A stretch of 63,279 bases of DNA, filler included, from Sphacelaria rigidula (GCA_964200075.2; 5 parts of 5 records of this genome joined end to end with filler, not necessarily neighbours in it), one strand, 5' to 3'; positions 11,899 through 25,255 are shown, counted from the first letter of the whole stretch. The notes: generated by a model not told the origin, from the sequence alone. Numbers and translations: made by a program.

Positions 11899-12579
11899 TT
11901 TGGGTATTTTAAAATTGGGAGTGCCTTCACAGGGTTGCTTACAGTGTGTAGAGAAAAACGCTATACAAAATGCAAGTAGAGGTACTAGGGGTTGCAAATG
12001 CGGTGCAGGAGTTCTCACAAAGACTGTGAAGAACCCTGTGCAGCACGTCCTACAGGGTGCTATCTGTCCACGTGTGTTTACACCCTAGGAAGGTATATGC
12101 TGAAGTCGCACCATTACCACAGCTCAGCTCAGCCGTGTGGACATACACTCGCAGTCAGTGCATGGGATTTGCAAGAAGCATATGCTGTTGAAAATTCCCT
12201 TATTGCCCGGAGTGACATGTATATCGGGAGGCAAAAAGATCAGTTTTCAACAATTTGTTGTGCCTCTTGAATCTCATTCGCCAATTGCCGCACGGTATGT
12301 TGGACTTGCACAACTGAGGCTGTTCGCAATAAATTCTCATTTGCCCAATTTCTGGATGAACTGGCAGAAGTGAGGATGTATTTCGAGCAGCTTGTGCTAT
12401 ACACATTCCAAATCTGCCAGTGTATGGGGTTTGTAAAGCAAAACTCTTGAAAATATATCCTCTTTTTGCCCAATGTTGGAAATTGGGCAACAAGAGGATA
12501 TTTTTCGAACAACTTCTAACAGGGTTGCCAGAAAAATGAGAAGGCATTTTGAAATGAGAATCCACCGCTCCCCGGGATT

Positions 12580-12679
12580 NNNNNNNNNNNNNNNNNNNNN
12601 NNNNNNNNNNNNNNNNNNNNNNNTTAATTAATTAANNNNNNNNNNNNNNNNNNNNNNNNNNNNNNNNNNNNNNNNNNNN
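12580..12679. other. Artificial contig linker N44-TTAATTAATTAA-N44
   Basis: 100-nt spacer; the 12-mer (12624-12635) puts stops in all six frames. Identical at four places. Confidence 0.98.
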
Positions 12680-12974
12680 AAGACATGTTTCATGTTTTTG
12701 TTGATCGGCTGATTTTAAAAGGGCCCTCAGTCTGTCTGTGCAGGGGGGGGGCTACGCATCGAAACAGTGGTGGAGGTTGTTGGTAACTTGGCGTAATATA
12801 GCAAATAAGTTGCAACGGCAGTGAGCAGGAATTTTGAGGTCCCCCAATCCCAGTAACAGTGAGATACCTCCGATGAAGATTCTAGGGTCAGCGGTAATTC
12901 CTATTCATTTCCACACAAAGAATAAGTTAATGAAGATATGGGTCCGGGTAGTCCATGGATTACCATATAACGCC

Positions 12975-13137
12975 ACAACAAATTGTGCGAATTAAGGTTT
13001 AACTCCGAGATGAGGTTCAAGCCTAAAACAGGCCGACAAAAACGTCATTGGGCATCATCGCTGAATGTGTGGGGAAAGCACTGTTTTAGGCTTGAACCTC
13101 ATCTCGGAGTTAAACCTCAATTCGCACAATTTGTTGT
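12975..13137. mobile_element. Foldback/MITE with 57-bp near-perfect inverted arms
   Basis: 12975-13031 vs 13081-13137 have one mismatch. A second partial copy is at 50539-50606, where contig 4 ends. Confidence 0.8.
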
Positions 13138-13249
13138 TAATATGGATTTATTTCGGCAGCTAATTTCTTCAGGAGAAACAAGAGCACGTTATCTTTCGGA
13201 GTGCGATCGAGATTTCGGCCTTCGCCAGAGGCACCGTGAGTACGGTTCG

Positions 13250-16200
13250 TGTCTAGCAGTCCCCCAAAACTCGAAGCTGTTGACACCGACCACCTAACCA
13301 GCCAAGGAGATTCGGCAACTTTGGACCTCCTCCGTGCTGTCAAGCCAAGCGCGCTCGGTGACAACTCGACGGGGAGGTTGTCTGGTCGGAACGAACTGGC
13401 AGCATCAAAGGAGGTGTGCAAAAATCTTGGAGTGACGTGGGAGGACGATACTACGCTGCAGTGGCTGCTGCATCTAACGGAGGACGTAAGCTCAGAAGGT
13501 TTCGCTAGCAAGGTAGTCCCGGGCTACGTGCGATCGACGCTAGCATGGGCAGCTGCCTGCGTCACGGTTCGAAAGAAAGACGGACGGTAGTTTACGACCA
13601 TGTCAAGATTTTCGTTAACTGAACCAACTTCTGGAGTCATACAGTGGCAGTTTGAGGGATATGCAGACCATGTATGGTGGGCTGGCAGAATCCAAGTACT
13701 CTACGAGTGTTGATTTAACGAATGAATTTTTCCAGTTGGAGGTGGAGAAAGTATTTTGGCAGTCAAAGAGTTCGTTGAAGTGATACGCTGATGCGGACTG
13801 GAAGGCGTTGGATTGTATTGGAGTAAACCAGATTGGAAAGGGGAGTCAAACTGGTACATACGAGTCCGGGGCGGGATTCTTTCCACAACCTTGTGGAAGA
13901 AGTGCAACCACAAGAGTTGGTAGGGGGTACAGCTCGGGTTGCACCAATCGAATGGGGCGAGCCGGAGTCAGCATCAGCCAGCGTCGTCAATAAGTTGGTC
14001 GAGTCATTTCTCTCATCAACCTCTGCGACAACGCTGATCGCGGAGAGCACTGCTGTGATGGTGTACTCTCCTGGTGAGAACAAGCTCGTTGCTCCGTGTT
14101 AAGCGGAGCTGGGGGTCTCCCTGGGTAGGCCTCAGTCAGCCGTACAGGTGGGCGCACCGTATCGGAAGAGACGGGCCTATGTGGTCGCCTTGAAAGCTGA
14201 TCGTCGGAGGGAAGGACAAATGCGAGCGTGGAAGCAGCGAGTGAAAACGTACACCGTCGCCTGCCCCACGTTGGGTTAGCGATTAGGGCGGACAGGTTTT
14301 TTTTTTCTGGTGCCGACAGGACAGGGCGAGGCGATTCACACTTCCGAGAATCCGATGCCCAGATTATTTTGTTCTCAGGTGACGAAAGGGAAAAGGCGTG
14401 AGGAATTCAGACCCCATGGGGCGGACGCAGGTGGATAGGGAGAAGCAGTCGAGCTGAAAAAAAGACGATTTCGTAAAAGTTGCGACTACTCTCGACTGTC
14501 ACGAGAAACCACCCCGGTAAACAACGACGTCATGCCATAGGTTGTGGCTAAATTCGTTCACCCATGGATGATGAAGGCGGTGCTATCAAGTGGAAGCGGA
14601 AGGTTTGTTTAGCCTGACTCATATCTAGGGTAAGGATGAGGGTTTGAGCACGCTCGCTACGATGTGAGACGAAGTAGAGTTGCCGGAGGCTTGGGGAGCC
14701 GCTGTAACTCGTTCGTCGATTCACGAGGCTGAGCGGAAGTCAGACCAAGACCCTGGTGGGGGGGAGGCTCCACCCGAGGAGCCACGGATACCAGGTAAAG
14801 TTAGCCCTCAGACCGTTCTCGAGCAGGCAAGAGCGATTCTGATGAACGAGTCGCGACTAGTTTTGCTGCAAGAGCGGGACTCCCGGCTCGAGCCCATCAG
14901 GGATAGGTTAATGTTGGAGAAAAGGACGAAGGTACAGGTAAGGGGCAGGAAGCATACGTTTCAAAATGATGGTGATCTTCTATGGTATATACCTCACCTA
15001 GGGCGCCAGGTAAGTTGGGCACCAGGTAAGTTGGCTATTCCACGCAGTCTAGTTCCTGGCCTGCTCGCGTTGGTGCACACTACGCATGGGCACGCCGGAG
15101 TGATGAAAACGACTGTAGTGGTAGTGGTCAACGCACGCTATGAGGGACCCGGTCGTTTCGTCGCTGTCTTGTGGATGTCGCCGACGCAGACGTACTAATA
15201 GACACACCATAACGGTGCGACCCGCCCGCTTCTTGCAGTTCTGGCAGATGATGTAGATGGACATATCGGACATAAAGCATATTCCTACTTCTGGTAATAA
15301 GTACTTGTTGGTTTTTATGGATCGAGCAACCAAGTTCTCTTCGCTCTTTTACTAGCAGCCAAGGTTACTGAGCACGTAGTTAAGGGTCTGAACTATTCTT
15401 GACGCTCGAAACGCCCTATTTCCTTTGAAGTGACGCTGGGGGGGAGTTCGCTTCGGAAGTAGTAAATCATGTATGCCATGTGGATGAAGGTGAAACTAGA
15501 TCATGATTTTTTCATGTGCACGCAGAACAGCTGCAGCACTCATATCGAGGTAAGGTCTGTTAGCTAGCTTGGGGGGGGCAGATTTAGGGTTGGCTGAGGA
15601 CATCACGTCCACACCTCCACTATTTACTCTGACGGATAGGAAAGCAGTGCTGGGCCCAGGATCGTCGTGAGTGTGAGAACATCAACGGTTGTTTCACGAC
15701 GGAGCTGAGCCACACTGGCTTTCAGAGGAGGGGATTTGGACAGTTTCACTGAGTTCCAGATTGATGTGTTTCATGCCTTGTGGGAATTATATCTACCGCA
15801 GACCAGGCCACGTCCATCTGATACACCATCTCGAGCAGAAAGGGGCTCAATTGCGCGGTAGATTTCCCGTTGTACCAAGATCCGCAAACGGTTTAAAGAC
15901 AGCCCAGAGCAGTCAACAGGAAGAAGAGCTTCTCCGGACGGGATCATATCGTTTCTGTACGATGTTGAAATTCCCTTCGTGGTCTAACCCGGCAGAGCGA
16001 TCAACAAGATCAAGGACTTCTCCGGACGGGATAGGATCGTTTCTGTACGGAGTTGAAATTCTCTACGCGGTCTAACCCGGCAGAGCGGTCAACAAGACCA
16101 AGGACATCTCCGGACTGGATGAGATCGTTTCTGTGCGGTGTTTAGATTCCCTACGTGGTCTAACCCGGCAGAACGGTTACCAAGATCGACGGCTATACGA

Positions 16201-16674
16201 AGCAATGCCGATTACTCGGGGAAGAGGAACATGGTGACGCGGGGACCCATCGTTAACCACGTTCAGTCCCAGGGTTTGTCAACCCTGGGCCTGAGGGGGG
16301 TGTTGTGGATCGCGGCGTAATGGTGGGAGGGTAGTACGAGGATAAGCTCAGCTATTCGACTGATGGGCTCGGAGGACTAGTTGATGTGACCTATGGGTAT
16401 TCCAACTAGAGGAGAGGGAGTGGTGTCCGTTGTAACGGATACAGACACGCCTCCGTGCGCGCAGTGGTTTCATTACGCTGTGCGACCCTTGGTTTTACTC
16501 TCTTGATGAGCAAACAACGAGCGAAGAGCTTACGTGAATCTATAGATGAGGCCATCAAAACCACCACCACGAAAGAGAAACGGAATCGCTTCTGGAGCTG
16601 TGATCACTGTACTGCGTTGGACGTATTTCCTCTTGCTACGTTTTTGCGGGTTGGTCGCTGAACACCGTGAGACA
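13250..16674 (+). mobile_element. Degenerate Ty3/Gypsy retrotransposon (RT fragment, integrase, chromo-like tail, PPT, putative 3' LTR)
   Basis: WAAACVTVRKKDG..CQDFR*LNQLL..YSTSVDLTNEFFQLE (RT); LAIPRSLVPGLLALVHTTHGHAGVMKT (IN zinc finger); MDISDIK..GNKYLLVFMDRATKF and SDAGGEFASEV (IN core); FHDGAEPHWLSEE..IDVFHALWELY. PPT GAGGGGGG at 16293-16300, then TGT (16301) ... CCGTGAGACA (16674). Confidence 0.85.
15931..16187 (+). repeat. Three tandem 88-bp repeats in the Gypsy 3' region
   Basis: TCTCCGGAC..ATCGTTTCTGT..GGTCTAACCCGGCAGA units start at 15931, 16019 and 16107. Confidence 0.88.
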
Positions 16675-19600
16675 ATATAGTACGGATCCCTCAACCATAC
16701 TCGGTACGTCCGTATGTGATGAAGATCATCATGATAGTAAATTGATGAATTCAGTGCGCAAGCAGATGTGTACTTGTGGCATGTTCCGGCATAATCAACA
16801 TGATGTATTAGTCATCACCTATTTGCATGCGCATGAAATGACTCAACTGGATGCTTGCTCGAGACCACGAGACATATCGCACTTCTGTAAGCCAGTTACC
16901 TCAATACACAATTCATCCCCGGTTAGTGAAATCCCGTTTTGTCGGCTGTATGGCGGTCACCTTCGGGTTTTTTCTAGCGCTGGGGAGGGCTCTCGGGGGT
17001 GTCGGTGTTGCCTACAGAACGTACTTTGCCCTTGCCCGCTCCCCTTACGGTGTCAAGTTCTGCGTGACCTTGAGTGTGCTGCGGGAGTGCGGCGCTACAT
17101 GGCGTGCGGTATTCTATGTGCTGCTATATCTTCGTCGTTGCTGGCGTCTGACGTGATTCCTGACATCAATCAAATTATTTGTTTTGGCGAAATCAACCCT
17201 GACCAATAGTGATATCTCAAACTCGGTTCCCGGCTTCTTGGTTTGTTTTCTTCGATTTTCTCAAATGAAAGTGATGGCGATTATTCAGATGATGAGACCC
17301 TTTGACCGCCAGGTCGGGTCCTGTTATAAATCGGCATCACCTTTCACTTGAAAAAATGATACAAAACCCAGAGCCAGCGAATAAAGCAGGAAAACGGGAA
17401 CCGAATTTGAGATACCTCCAATGAGTTGATTTACAACCCTTTTTTGGAATCCATTGACGATTTTTGTTTTTGCGAATCGGCACAACCATCATCACTTGTT
17501 CCCATCCAACGAATTTTCCGCCAACTATCATCACCTTTCCAGGTGCTTAACTATAAGGCACGGCTCAACCTGTATCTCGGCCCATCGTATCATGGACGTA
17601 GAGCTCGGGATGAGTGCTCGACCGTTCCGTTATACTGTCAACATCCTCTGTATCAAAATAATCCAATGCTCTGTTCCGAGTTGGGCCAGCTTAAAAGCGG
17701 CCAAACGTGGTCCAAAGCGGCCAAACGCGGTCCACATTAAGCTTTTCCAGTTTCCCGAATGAACCCGATGTGAGCACATCACTGTGGAGTGCAGACCAAC
17801 CTTGTAACACACGGCACCGCCGCTGACTGCAGACAAAACAAAAAAATGAGTAACTCAGATGGACTACCCGTACCGTGGTCTAAGGGTTGACAACGGACGA
17901 AAAAAAAATGTGACACCTCGAAGGGAAACACAATGTGTCTTCTTGACAGGAACATAACCGAAGGCTGTACCCACAAGTCAACACCATCAAACGTGAACCT
18001 GAGGATTGCATTTCCCTCGCAAATCGAAGCACACCATTCCATTTATTGCTGCTGACCAGCTGAGCATGCCATGCGTGACCCTGCTCAAATCCATTGAGAA
18101 ATCAACGAGAAAAAAAAATGAGTGAGAAGCGCACACAGCACACGCTCACAGCCGAGTCTGAGAAGTTTAATCAAGACTCGATCTGTTCAAAAGAGGTCCA
18201 AATGGGGGTGTATTCGAGTGCGCCAAGAGACAGAAGCGTCACACAACGCCATGGGCACCAATGAAGCTGAAACTTGTTGAGACCGTCTCGATTGATCTTG
18301 GAAGAGCGACGGGATAGGTTTTTCGGTACAGCGCGGCTTCGAAACAACTCGGGAAAAATAAGTGCGTTGTTCGGACCCTTGTCATGAGGCTCAAACGGAT
18401 GGGACAGGACAAATGAGACGGGACACTTTTTGAACTTAGGTCCAGTAGGAGCGTTTTCAGCCTCAAGAGACTGGACCCTTCTTTACAAGATGATTCACTG
18501 TGCACGGTGTTGAAGACACGAGAATATGAGTGAGTGCAAGGACAGTTTACTTCACGAGGGTCGACGTAGGGTGGAGGGGGGGAAGATCGCTTTCAAAATC
18601 GACAAAATATACGCAAGGCAAGGGGTGTACCAGGGGGTAAATGGGTGATACCCCTACCGACCGCGGACCCGTCCAGAGGAGAGGGAGATGTTGGGAGTGT
18701 CACGTAAGAACCAGAACGGGATAGAGATGAGATGGTTAAATAACATCAACGTTAATTCATGTAGACAGCTGCTCCTCCCGATACCCGACTGTTCTACGCA
18801 AGTACCGCGCGTCGGGAGAAAAAACAAGGAAGCGATAACGAACGACACCAAGCAGGTTGATCCGCTCATTCATTGCTGCCAACGTAGAATGGTCACGGTG
18901 CACGCAAAGGTATTCGTCAAAATAGTGTTCAAACGAAGTTGAGCCCACTCTCCATGACCCCCGCCAGTGCGGTGGATGTCGGTTGTCGGTGGTGGAGGTG
19001 GTGGTAGTGGTGTCATGGTTCATGCTCACAATCACTGCCACACTCCCACTACTCCCTCAACTCAACAACCACTCCCCCAAAATAACGGAATACTGTAGTA
19101 ATCGAAAGGTACTGCTACATGTAGAAATACGACTCGTGTTTTCGCCTCGATAGAAAAAAAAAAATAGGGTCCTCAACACCACCTAAGCATACACTACTAC
19201 TATTGCCTGTGAACCTTTTGATGAACCGTGCTTCAGTCAACGACCAACAAAAATAAAGTGACAGCATCCATCCACTGCATATGTACCTCCACTCTTCTTT
19301 GCCTGGCGTCCTAAACAACACCGGGCGAGTGGCGTGGCCCGCTCAGGTGTTCGAAAATTTCACATCATGACGAGATGACCCAGCCGACCACCAAAGTAGC
19401 GGGCGCCATGAATACTGACACCAAATCAGCCGTGATCATTTGTTCAAAGGCTGACTATGCTATTTCCGTCATCTTCTCTCTGAACAACGTGCTATGCTAC
19501 TACCGACGGGGAAAGGTGAGGGAGGGGAGGGGGGCGAGGGGAGGGGAGGGGGGCGAGGGGAGGGGAGGGAAGAGGAGGGGGAGTGTTCATGTATGCATAA

Positions 19601-22600
19601 TATTGCTTCTTGCTTCGTCACACATCCGCCCATCCATTCTTTCATCTCATCTTAACCACAGGAACTCTCTTCTTTGGGCACCACAGCAACCCACCACCTC
19701 TTTTTAATCAACCACAGGCTAAAAGAAGAACCAAAACACAGCTGAATGGAGATAATACCACCACCACAACCACCAAAAGAGCACGACGGAACGCAAACCC
19801 TCAGTCATCGCCATCACCAACCACTTCTTCATCACCCAAATTTAAGATGACACGAACGAAACGGCACGTAGAAGATAGAACACAAAATCAAACCGAACCG
19901 AACCACACCGATCGATTCACCGAAGCAACCCATGGATTCAATCGTATTTGCGTGGACAGTCCCGGATCTGCCATGCTGGTGGTGAAGAAACGCTACAACA
20001 GACAGGGGGGAGCCTAGTAAGAGGGGGCCTCAAGAGTATAGGATCATACATGATGGGGTTAAACAAATCTACAAAATGTACACCAAACCCTATATCCACA
20101 CGAATACAGGGAGAGATTTTTCGTCACCCCTGCACTACTCCCACCCCGCTCTCCGCCCACCATCCTTCCCCCCTTAGCGCTTCCATTTCAACTTCGCCAT
20201 ATTTGTTTTTTTCCCAACATTATTGCACAGTTCCCCCGCTCCCTCAAATTCTTTTTGCCCGCCCATGCGAGCGCGTCGACGTTTGTTAATTTCGTACTGT
20301 CCGCGCAAAATCTCAAATGATACATGATACACTGCGCCCACGCCCCCACTTAAACGGGACGGGACGGGTTTTACGGGAAACCTACATGTCGCACATCAAC
20401 GATCCCATTTCGGCGGCCTTAAATCAAGGGTAAGGACACAGAATCGTGTGCGGTACGGTACACACGCCGTATGCACCCGGCAAGGATGCCTCTTCCCCCT
20501 TCCACCCCGCCATTTCCCGTCACCAACCCTACTCGAGCTGATCAGATTTCTCCTCTCGTCTCCCGCGAGGATAGCCTTGAATCGTTCGCCTTTCAACGCT
20601 AAAAACATAGGGCCGATATCGAACGGGACGGTGAGTTGGTGTACATCGAACGCAACAGGCAACACAAATACGATTTTTTTTCAACAGTCCGAAGCTCAAA
20701 GCCTAAAGCACACGACACACCCCCCCTCTCGTGCGATGATCACTCTCGTCGTAAAGCACTACCTCCTTCGACAATAGATATGTTCTTCATGCACGAATCT
20801 CCCCTCCCGACACCCTGAACCCTTCCCTGAAGGCCATCAAATCAAATGCAGCAAACCACACCATCAACCCATCCCTCCTCTCCTTTCATTCTCGGGGAGA
20901 CAACTGTTGGTTGGCGAGCCGTTTCTCAAAATTCCATGAGAGCCTTCCCTTTTGTAATAAAACAAAACGTGAAAAAAGGGGAAAGGACGTCCGTAACATA
21001 CAGCGCTAGCGCGAAACACCAAATTCTTTTTGCAAGTGGATAGTCTTGGGGCCCCCATCCCCGCTTCGGTCCTTCCCCCCTCCCCCTCAAGTGAAGCAAT
21101 GGACAAGAGAAGTCAGAAAATGTCGACCATGTCTCACAATATGAAAATACAAGTGCACGGTATCCAAGGCAAGGAGTCAAGACCACCGACACGTTCGTGC
21201 GAGAAGAGGACCACACAGCACGCCATAAACCTGTGGTAGTGAAAGTAGTAGCGAACGGACAATCGTCACCATCCTCATTGCCAACCCAACAAACCAGCAC
21301 AAAATTAATCACATATAGCAAAGCCGCGTGCACTAAAAGTCTACGGCAACAACGGGCGCACAATTCACTCAACTAGGACGGTAAGAGCAAAAATAAGAAG
21401 AGCACACGCATTCACACACAAACCTGCGTCCAGTCCAGACCCCCCCCCCCCATCCCCCCCCCTAGTATGTCCACCTGGCAGTGTCATAACTTGAAATTCA
21501 CAACATGCCGACTTTTCCTCCGAAAACATCCACGGACCCTATTTTTCACTTCCGGTCTCAATGTATCTCATCTAGTATAACTCCAAACCTCCGCAAAAAT
21601 ACAAGCTGTCTCCAAATTTCATATTTTTTAAGATCCATGTCTTCCAAAACCATCTCAATTAACCTCTGTTTCACCATTCCCTCCACGGGAGAGGCGTCAG
21701 GCATGCATGATGACGTTCGCGGGGAGAATTCTCGCGCCATGGTTGTCGCCGAGAAAAATATAAATTAAATCCACATTGAAAAAGGGGAACGGTGAGGTAG
21801 TAGAGAAAAGACCCCATGAAGAATCCCCCATATATTTCATAATTGGCGTTTCATGTTGATATAGCCAAACTAGAATCACGATGCTCGAGTTTCTTCCTCG
21901 CGAAAAGAAGATTCAAAATAAAAACCTTCCAACTTTCCAATCCAGTTGAATCAGACCGTGATTTAGTTTCAACACGTGAGCAAAAGAGAGAGGAGAAAGA
22001 GAAAATGATGGCCGCTTTCGCCCTTTTCCCACGTCCCTCGAACAGCGACATAAAAAAAGGCATTATGACCACCACATTCGATTTGTTTTCCATCGGTCAG
22101 TGAGTCCGCCCTGCCCCCCTCCCCTCCCCTCCACGTTACGTGAACCGAACCGGAAGTCCGATAACATCTCGGGGGGGGGGGGATATGGGGGTAGGGGGGT
22201 TGGGGAAGCTACGGTAGACCTAGCGCGAATTAGTAGCGTACTCCCCACCCTCCCACCGCGACCTGAAAGATAATACTGGGTCAGCTGAAAACTGTACTCG
22301 ATCGTTGACGCTTCCCCTTCTCCGGAACACGCTCTGATGTCGAGGGCAACCACCGTCTGAAAATTCACGTGTAACTGTGACATCAAGTCTCGCGAGACTC
22401 CGGTCACACGGGCAATGCACGCGTGTACACACACACAAGACCTTGTCTGGTCGTTGTAAAAATGCGGTGTGTTTGAGTAATCTGCACAAATGAGCCATGA
22501 GTACGGGGGTCATTTTCTAGCCGACATCACCACCACCACCACCACCACCACCATCAACCACCGTCACGACCATCATCATTTCCCCTCTTACGTGCTGTGT

Positions 22601-23644
22601 TCTCCAAGCCGAGATATATTCAAAACAGCATAAGTATATATTTATATATGTATAGAAAAAACAAATGGATGTCATTCCTCACGAAATAACACAGTAATCA
22701 TCAAGGGTAGTAGTAGCAACAGTAAAGAGGCAGCATCAACATCATCATCGACAAACCGCGCACGATACGCGTGCACATCGAACAGACCTGACAACGCCGT
22801 GACGAGTGACAGGAACGACAGAAGGATGCTAGCAGCTGTCACCCAGCAGGATTTGCTGATCCGCACGGACTATCGTTGTTGAAAAGCCGCCGTACTTTCC
22901 CCCCTTTTATTCCCCCGCGTTTTCTCGGGGCAAACATTGCCCCGAAAATAATCCGACCCGCCGTCTCCCCTCGTGCACGTGATCTTTTCATCCATCAACC
23001 ATCGAACAATTCATCTACCAACGCCCCGGTCGACACTCCAGCACAGAGACCAACTACGCCGCAGTGATCTGGATGTGAGGTGGAACGCAGCATCACTTTC
23101 GCCAAACAGACGAAACAAAATACCATGATGGGGTACATGGTAGGTATCACTTGCGCGTAGGTGCTGCCCGACCGCGAGACCGCGGTGCGGACCGTCGTTT
23201 ATGCCCTATTTGTGCGTCACATCTTCTTGCCCGACAGCTTCTCCAGACGTGAAATGATGTGCTTGCCGAAGGTGTACCTGTGGGTGTGTTTTTCCATCAC
23301 AAAATATAACACGAAACTTGTCTCATCAGTTCACACTTTTTTTTCTTATTCAGACGCCCTGTATTTTCTCTTCATGATCATTTCATGTGTCAGGCATTCC
23401 ATTCCTCCCGTGTATGACGGGGAATTCGAAGTTTCAACGAAACAATGGACCCGCATGTTCCGCAATACCCGTTTCGTAAATTTCGCTGTCAGGGACAGAT
23501 CAACACAATTACACCCCGGCGCAACTCCTCGATCCGCGCTGCATTTTTTTCATTTTCAACCCACGTCGCCCATTTTTCTAGACGGACATATCCTGTCGAG
23601 GGAAAAAACGTGACTTGTCCTACTGGAAAATAAAAAGAAGGTAC

Positions 23645-25177
23645 GAGCTGGGCCAGCCGAGAAGCGAATTTGTAGTTTGCAGGCCGTTTGTACGGCCAAT
23701 ATTCAGAACTGACCCTGAAATTTGGTATGGGCATTGAATAGGGCATAATAAAAACAATCGCCAGTGCACACATTGGGTTTTTTCTTGTGAGTTAGGCTAC
23801 TTTTCATATATGAAAAAAACATATCATCTGAAGAGCGATTTTTCAACAGCACGTTTCTTGACAGAACTGTTGAAAAAAGTAGCCCTTCTTACATGATAGA
23901 CCCATTGTCAACATTAAAAACGCAGTGCTCATCGTTTTCTATGAGGTGTGCAGGCACGATTTCCAATTCTGGGGCGTGCGGACGAGACGCAGCACTCATC
24001 CTGTCGTGGTGTACGGTACGTACTGAATGTACTACTGCGATACATTGCCTGAGCAATACATGGTGGGCTGCGTGACCCAAGATTATCAATAAGTTCAGGG
24101 TCCAACTCCGAATATTGGTCGTACAACGAGCCGTTTATGACGGGGTCAGATTAAAATCGAAACGGTATTTTGCAGGTCACTTACCAGCCCACGTCTGGTG
24201 CTTGTGTATTGAAACTTCAAGTGGGCCGTGGCCAGGGCATAATCGATTACCCAAAGTGGGTCAGGTCGATTTTTTTTCACCTTTTCAACGAGAACGCCCA
24301 AACCTCGACCAAAAAATAAAAAACCGAGCGTCAATTTCCTCTCATTCGGCGTATCTCTGTGGTTCTTCATCCTGAGTTTCAAAGTACCGTTCCAGAAATT
24401 GAGATAAGGCCCAGAAGCAGTGTTCATGTCTTTCAGAACCCGCGGAAACCCGAGGGCAATGGGGAAAAAAAAAAACAGAAAATTGGAAAGGCTGCGTGTA
24501 AGAAGCTCATTTTCCACTAGCGATTCTCCATACGAAATTTCACAGCACAACTCTAAAAATCCAAGACGCGATATCCAGGTTTAGTTGATGCAGTGCATCT
24601 GCTTGTGATATACTGACTTTAGTAAAGCAACTTGTGTGTGCCATTTTCCGATATAGATTAGAAATAGATGCAGGTAAGGGTATCTAACGTCTCCTCGTGC
24701 TCCAGGAACTGTCAACACCAAAATTCGTCGTCATCCGCTGAATGCATCGATCGGGGGAGATTTTGTATGACTGATATCTCCGTTGGGTATAGCCCACCTG
24801 ACATGGGGTTCAATCAACGAGAAAATATTGGACCTAACTTTTGACTAGATGGGCACCTTCCGCTTGGTTAGACGATTACAAGGGTAGGCCGAGTAGAATA
24901 TACTCAATACTCCGGATTTTTGGAGAGTCATACTTTTAGTACTCGAAGTTCGAGTAGAGTATCTGAGATCATACTCAACGTACTCAAAATTTCAGGAGAG
25001 TATTTGGGGTCGTACTCGACCTACCCAAACGTCGAGTAGAGTAGATACTTTAGTATTTTTCTCGAGTACTCAAAAGTACAAACTCTACTCGACCTACCCT
25101 TGGCCGATTGATACAATATCCGTGTCGACGATATATCGCTCTGAGGGTGTAAATCCGTGTCTAGGCAGGCCCAGCTC
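23645..25177. mobile_element. Non-autonomous DNA transposon with GAGCTGGGCC terminal inverted repeats
   Basis: GAGCTGGGCCAGCC at 23645 and GGCAGGCCCAGCTC ending 25177. Internal sequence (23645-23771, ~24090-24810) is homologous in reverse orientation to 25470-26589 on the next contig. Confidence 0.65.
24879..25102. mobile_element. hAT-like MITE nested in the 23645-25177 element
   Basis: TIR CAAGGGTAGG(C/T)CGAGTAGA at both ends. 8-bp flanks GACGATTA / GCCGATTG (6/8) fit a decayed 8-bp TSD. Many internal TACTC/GAGTA motifs. Confidence 0.75.
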
Positions 25178-25255
25178 GTGAAAGGTTCCACGGTTAGGAC
25201 AAATCATCACGACTCAAAATCACCAAATTCACGATTTCTTCGGCCTCATTGCCTA

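Noticed and set aside
9740-12018. Long ORFs 9740-10372 (+) and 11290-12018 (-) as genes
   Set aside because: No motifs. The second reads through a MITE; the first runs into A-rich repeat DNA.
12624-12635. TTAATTAATTAA as a biological motif (e.g. piggyBac site) recurring every ~12.7 kb
   Set aside because: It is always centred in N44..N44; it is an assembly spacer.
15931-16187. 88-bp, 42-bp (28228-29460) and 82-bp (58774-60880) arrays as CRISPR-like loci
   Set aside because: Whole units are repeated with no unique spacers, no cas genes are present, and the context is eukaryotic TE/intron.
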